The translations under genes and the position numbers were made by a program. Of a stretch of DNA of 64,000 bases, positions 60,580 to 64,000 are shown piece after piece (position 1 is the stretch's first letter; every line of letters starts with the position of its first letter). The stretch covers positions 1,294 to 65,293 of the forward strand of contig JBGSOH010000447.1 in the NCBI GenBank assembly GCA_041739205.1, in the 5' to 3' direction. The stretch is from Saprospiraceae bacterium (GTDB lineage Bacteria > Bacteroidota > Bacteroidia > Chitinophagales > Saprospiraceae). Below the pieces are notes generated by a model that was not told the DNA's origin, searched no databases, and saw nothing but the letters and a program-made list of their open reading frames with translations.

Positions 60580-62337
60580 TTATTTGGTGAATACAGATTC
60601 ATAATTTGCTTTATTTCCACTATGATCCCAAGCTTCTATCTTGAGTCGATGACTTCCTTTCGCTAGCTGGTGAATAGGAATGGTGAGAGTATTGTTCATT
60701 TTTCTAAGTGGACTGACTACAAAAACATCATCTATCCATACTTTATATTTTACTTCCCGAGTCGTTGAGGCATTTACCGTTAAGTTGTCCCTTAATTTGA
60801 ATTGGTAAGCTGATTTTCGTCCTACTTTTTTGGTAAAATTTATTGATTTTATGGTGGGAGGTACCGTATCGTAGCCCAAATAAAAGCTTCCAAATTCTTT
60901 GATCCTTGTCGTCAGATATTCACCTTCCCATTGTCCACCATAATCCTGCCCACCTTCTCGAATGATGACCGCTTTGTCTTTCAAATCTACTAAGCTTGTA
61001 TCTGCTTTTATGGATATTTTGATAGGAGATCTAATGGGTTCTAGAATATTGTGAATATGATATGTCGTTTGATTTTTGTTGTTTTTGGTACTTTTTAAAC
61101 TGAAATCTATTTTTCTAAATAAACTATTTCTTTCAAATTGTACCAAACAGTCATCTTGACTTATAATTACTTCATCATCTAGACCAATAACTCGACCTTT
61201 AATGACTTCATCTCGCATAGCAATACTATCGGCTCTTTTAATATCAAAAAGCAAGGTCGTCGTATTCTTATGCCAATCTTGAACCTTTATTTTTACCCTA
61301 GAAGTAGTATCAGGATTGAGATGCACCAAACCACTTCCTGCTTCGTCTAAAAAACCCAATTCATTACCAGGATATTTATAACAAAGTGTGTAGGTTTGAT
61401 TTTGTTCTTTCTTAGCTTTATAATCAAAAAAAGCAATGATATTTCTTGTTTCGTCAAATGAAAACTTGTCCATTTGAAAACTGTAGGTCAAGCTATCGTC
61501 TACATACATGTCAAGGCTATAGATTCCATTTCTATTGGCAGCGCCTGTTGTTCTATCAAACATGGATAAAGCTACACCCAGTCTATCTAATGGAAAAATA
61601 ATGGGTTCTGGTATTTGAATGATGTTATTTACTTTTGCCGGAAGTGGTATCTTTTTGTTATAATTTTTATGAAAATGATCATCCAAACCATGCAAGGCAA
61701 GTGACATAATATTAGGTGCTACATTATCTTCCGTAGCGAAACCAAAAAGCATTGGATTAATAGGTTGTTCGGATTTTGTATCCCGTACTTCGAAATGAAG
61801 ATGTTTACCATAAGAATGGCCTTCATTACCCATGATGCCAATTTTTTGACCTTTTGTCACAGGAAAAATATGCGGCTCTAAATAAAAATCAACTGAAAAA
61901 GACTCTGCATCGCGCTGTCTATCTAGTACAAATTGCTCTATCGCAGCGTCAAATTTTTCCATATGAGCATACACTGTTGTATAACCAACATCAGGATGGT
62001 CGATATAAATGGCCCTACCATATCCACCTGGACTGATGGCAATCCTAGAGATAAATCCTTCACCTACCGATAGTATGTGGTCCACTTGTCGTCCGCCTGA
62101 TGGTTTAATATCTAGTCCTGCATGAAAATGAGAAGATCTTAATTCACCAAAATTGCCAGATAGCTTATATTTGTAAGAAACTGGACTTCCGAAAAATCTA
62201 AATACACTAGAAGAATCGTTGGTGGATGGATTAGGGTTTAAGAAATCTACTTGTTGCTTTTGGAACATATCTTGCCCTATGGCATCCATATAAAACATTG
62301 TCAACAAAGACCAAACTACACAAACTACACTTTTCAA
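60580..62337 (-). CDS. M23 (LytM-type) metallopeptidase-domain protein with a large C-terminal extension
   Basis: HFHAGLDI and GHSYGKHLHFEV zinc-ligand motifs. Signal peptide. 585 aa. Confidence 0.8.
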   Translation of the reverse strand: MKSVVCVVWSLLTMFYMDAIGQDMFQKQQVDFLNPNPSTNDSSSVFRFFGSPVSYKYKLSGNFGELRSSHFHAGLDIKPSGGRQVDHILSVGEGFISRIAISPGGYGRAIYIDHPDVGYTTVYAHMEKFDAAIEQFVLDRQRDAESFSVDFYLEPHIFPVTKGQKIGIMGNEGHSYGKHLHFEVRDTKSEQPINPMLFGFATEDNVAPNIMSLALHGLDDHFHKNYNKKIPLPAKVNNIIQIPEPIIFPLDRLGVALSMFDRTTGAANRNGIYSLDMYVDDSLTYSFQMDKFSFDETRNIIAFFDYKAKKEQNQTYTLCYKYPGNELGFLDEAGSGLVHLNPDTTSRVKIKVQDWHKNTTTLLFDIKRADSIAMRDEVIKGRVIGLDDEVIISQDDCLVQFERNSLFRKIDFSLKSTKNNKNQTTYHIHNILEPIRSPIKISIKADTSLVDLKDKAVIIREGGQDYGGQWEGEYLTTRIKEFGSFYLGYDTVPPTIKSINFTKKVGRKSAYQFKLRDNLTVNASTTREVKYKVWIDDVFVVSPLRKMNNTLTIPIHQLAKGSHRLKIEAWDHSGNKANYESVFTK

Positions 62338-62346
62338 TGTTGAGAC

Positions 62347-63438
62347 TTATTTTGAATTAATAATAAGAGATAGTTTTTCTTGGAATGTTCTTAACGCTTC
62401 GGTAGTCTGTATTGTTTGATGTTTAATGTCATTTAACAGTTTAATATAGCTTTCTTGGATGTCTTTTTGTCCCAAAACCATATCAATAACCATCTTTTGA
62501 CTTTGTTTTTCAAACCATTTTATCTCTTGTGTTTCTCTTTGTTTAGTAAAAAAACCATTTTCAGTCGCAACTTTGTGATTAGCCATGGTGGCATCATACA
62601 CTTCTGAAATACCCAATTCAGTGATGGAAGAAACCAATAAAACAGGACAAGTCCAACCATCCAAATCATGGTGAAAAAGAGAGATGGCATTGGTGTAAGA
62701 AGTTTTGGTATTTCGTGCCAATTCTATCATAGCGCCATCAGATTTATTAATGACAAAAATATCTGCGTTCTCCATAATGCCACGTTTGATACCTTGTATA
62801 TCATCGCCTGCTCCTGGTTGCAAAAGTAGGATATTGATATCTGAGATATTGTCCACTTCCGTTTCGGACTGACCTACACCTACTGTCTCTACGATGATGA
62901 TGTCGTAACCTGCTGACTCACAAATTTGAATGGTTTCCTTAGTTACTGCTGCTGTACCTCCTAGCACATTATTAGTCGCAGAAGGTCTTATAAAAGCTTG
63001 TGGATGAGATGACAAACTCTCCATCCTCGTTTTATCGCCCAAGATGCTTCCTTTGGTTTTCTGACTTGATGGGTCAATGGCAAGAATAGCAGGTTTGTGG
63101 CCTTTTTCTATCAGAAACATTCCGAATGCTTCGATGAATGTACTTTTGCCTACACCCGGAGTGCCTGTGACACCTATCCTAATCGTGGGTTGATGATTTA
63201 CAGGCAGTTTGCTTAATATTTCCACACCGAGTTGGCGTTTTCTAGAGAGACTACTTTCTAATAAGGTAATCGTTTCGCTAAGAACATATCGATCACCTGA
63301 TACAAGTCCATTCAGATAATAATCCACAGGTTTTTGCTCTTTAGTCGGGAGACTAAAAGAAGGGTTTACGTGAGAATTTTTATGTTCTATATTGGACATG
63401 ATCACTAATACCTGAATATTAAAGGTGCAAAGGTACAC
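62347..63438 (-). CDS. meaB: Methylmalonyl-CoA mutase-associated G3E GTPase MeaB/ArgK. The start is possibly Met14 at 63399.
   Basis: GVTGTPGVGKSTF P-loop, ETVGVGQSE, INKSD. Confidence 0.85.
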   Translation of the reverse strand: MYLCTFNIQVLVIMSNIEHKNSHVNPSFSLPTKEQKPVDYYLNGLVSGDRYVLSETITLLESSLSRKRQLGVEILSKLPVNHQPTIRIGVTGTPGVGKSTFIEAFGMFLIEKGHKPAILAIDPSSQKTKGSILGDKTRMESLSSHPQAFIRPSATNNVLGGTAAVTKETIQICESAGYDIIIVETVGVGQSETEVDNISDINILLLQPGAGDDIQGIKRGIMENADIFVINKSDGAMIELARNTKTSYTNAISLFHHDLDGWTCPVLLVSSITELGISEVYDATMANHKVATENGFFTKQRETQEIKWFEKQSQKMVIDMVLGQKDIQESYIKLLNDIKHQTIQTTEALRTFQEKLSLIINSK

Positions 63439-63575
63439 ATAAAGGTATATTTCATGGCTTTCGATTGTTCAATAATTCATATTTTGGTGGCGTGTTATTC
63501 GTTTTGTGTATTTTATGATATTATGAAACTCTTAGTTATCGAATGTTGTTATTTATATAAAAATTTGGTGTTTTT

Positions 63576-63791
63576 ATGAGAAAAGTCACAGTTTACATCA
63601 CGAACAAAGAATACAACCACTTTTTAAAATTGGTTAAGAACCTACATTATGTAAAAAAGATAGAAACAGATGATGAAGAGCCAACCGAAGATGTTTTGGA
63701 GAACATCAAGGCAGGATTAGAAGAAGTAAGACTTTTCAAACAAGGAAAACTTAAAACTACACCTGCAAAAGATTTTCTTAATGAGCTATAA
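63576..63791 (+). CDS. Putative type II antitoxin (small acidic protein)
   Basis: 71 aa. Its stop overlaps the start of the downstream toxin-like ORF by 11 nt. Acidic central stretch ETDDEEPTEDVLE. Confidence 0.5.
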   Translation: MRKVTVYITNKEYNHFLKLVKNLHYVKKIETDDEEPTEDVLENIKAGLEEVRLFKQGKLKTTPAKDFLNEL

Positions 63792-64000
63792 AATTGAACT
63801 CTCTGCCAATTTTAAAAAGCAAGCTAAAAGGCTTTCTAAAAAATTTCCATCTTTAAAAGCAGAGTTGGAATTATTATTTACTGAATTAGAACAAAATCCT
63901 ACTCTTGGGACACCGCTTGGTAACGATATTTATAAAATTCGTCTAGCAATCTCCTCAAAAAACAAAGGCAAATCTGGAGGAGCTAGAGTTTTATCATTTG
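63781..64000 (+). CDS. RelE/ParE-superfamily (HigB-like) toxin, N-terminal 73 aa. It runs off the right window edge and is not in the ORF track.
   Basis: My own translation: MSYKIELSANFKKQAKRLSKKFPSLKAELELLFTELEQNPTLGTPLGNDIYKIRLAISSKNKGKSGGARVLSF. The xYKxRxxxxxxxKGKSGGxRV pattern is typical of this toxin family. Confidence 0.6.
   Translation, partial: MSYKIELSANFKKQAKRLSKKFPSLKAELELLFTELEQNPTLGTPLGNDIYKIRLAISSKNKGKSGGARVLSF

Overview
AT-rich, densely coding chromosomal segment that looks like Bacteroidota (Flavobacteriia/Cytophagia-like). The assignment rests on T9SS and gliding genes, type A and type B T9SS C-terminal sorting domains, and TAnnTTTG -7 promoter boxes. I count about 45 supported genes. 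Most are housekeeping:
- htrA-like protease, 3-hydroxyacyl-CoA dehydrogenase, PDH-type E2, Glu/Leu/Phe/Val dehydrogenase, murF, clpB, ybaB, an M23 peptidase and meaB.
- A TetR-TolC-MFP-RND efflux operon with a perfect 21-bp operator palindrome.
- An atpBEFHAG operon, with no atpD or atpC here.
- Two mevalonate-pathway genes (type 2 IDI and class II HMG-CoA reductase).
- A di-haem cytochrome c peroxidase.

The distinctive content is a T9SS/gliding core locus (gldJ-murF, a porP/sprF-like gene, porU-porV) surrounded by unusually large secreted proteins:
- A protein of at least 1401 aa that runs off the left edge and is absent from the supplied ORF track. It has an Ig-like repeat array with two nested copies of an unrecognised ~215-aa Cys-rich module.
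- A 1963-aa protein built from 15 divergent Cys-framed ~123-aa modules plus a T9SS CTD.
- An 1127-aa reprolysin-like metzincin with a proprotein-convertase P-domain and no CTD.

Two apparent pseudoenzymes are also present: an M1 aminopeptidase-like protein with all zinc ligands replaced, and an arginase-fold protein with degenerate metal ligands. A RelE/ParE-like toxin-antitoxin pair begins at the right edge, and the toxin is also missing from the ORF track.

I found no tRNA, rRNA, CRISPR array, transposase or classic defence-island signature, and I cannot point to a convincing novel multi-gene system. The most novel-looking items are the unusual T9SS cargo architectures. All calls come from reading translated motifs by eye. 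No database searches were run.
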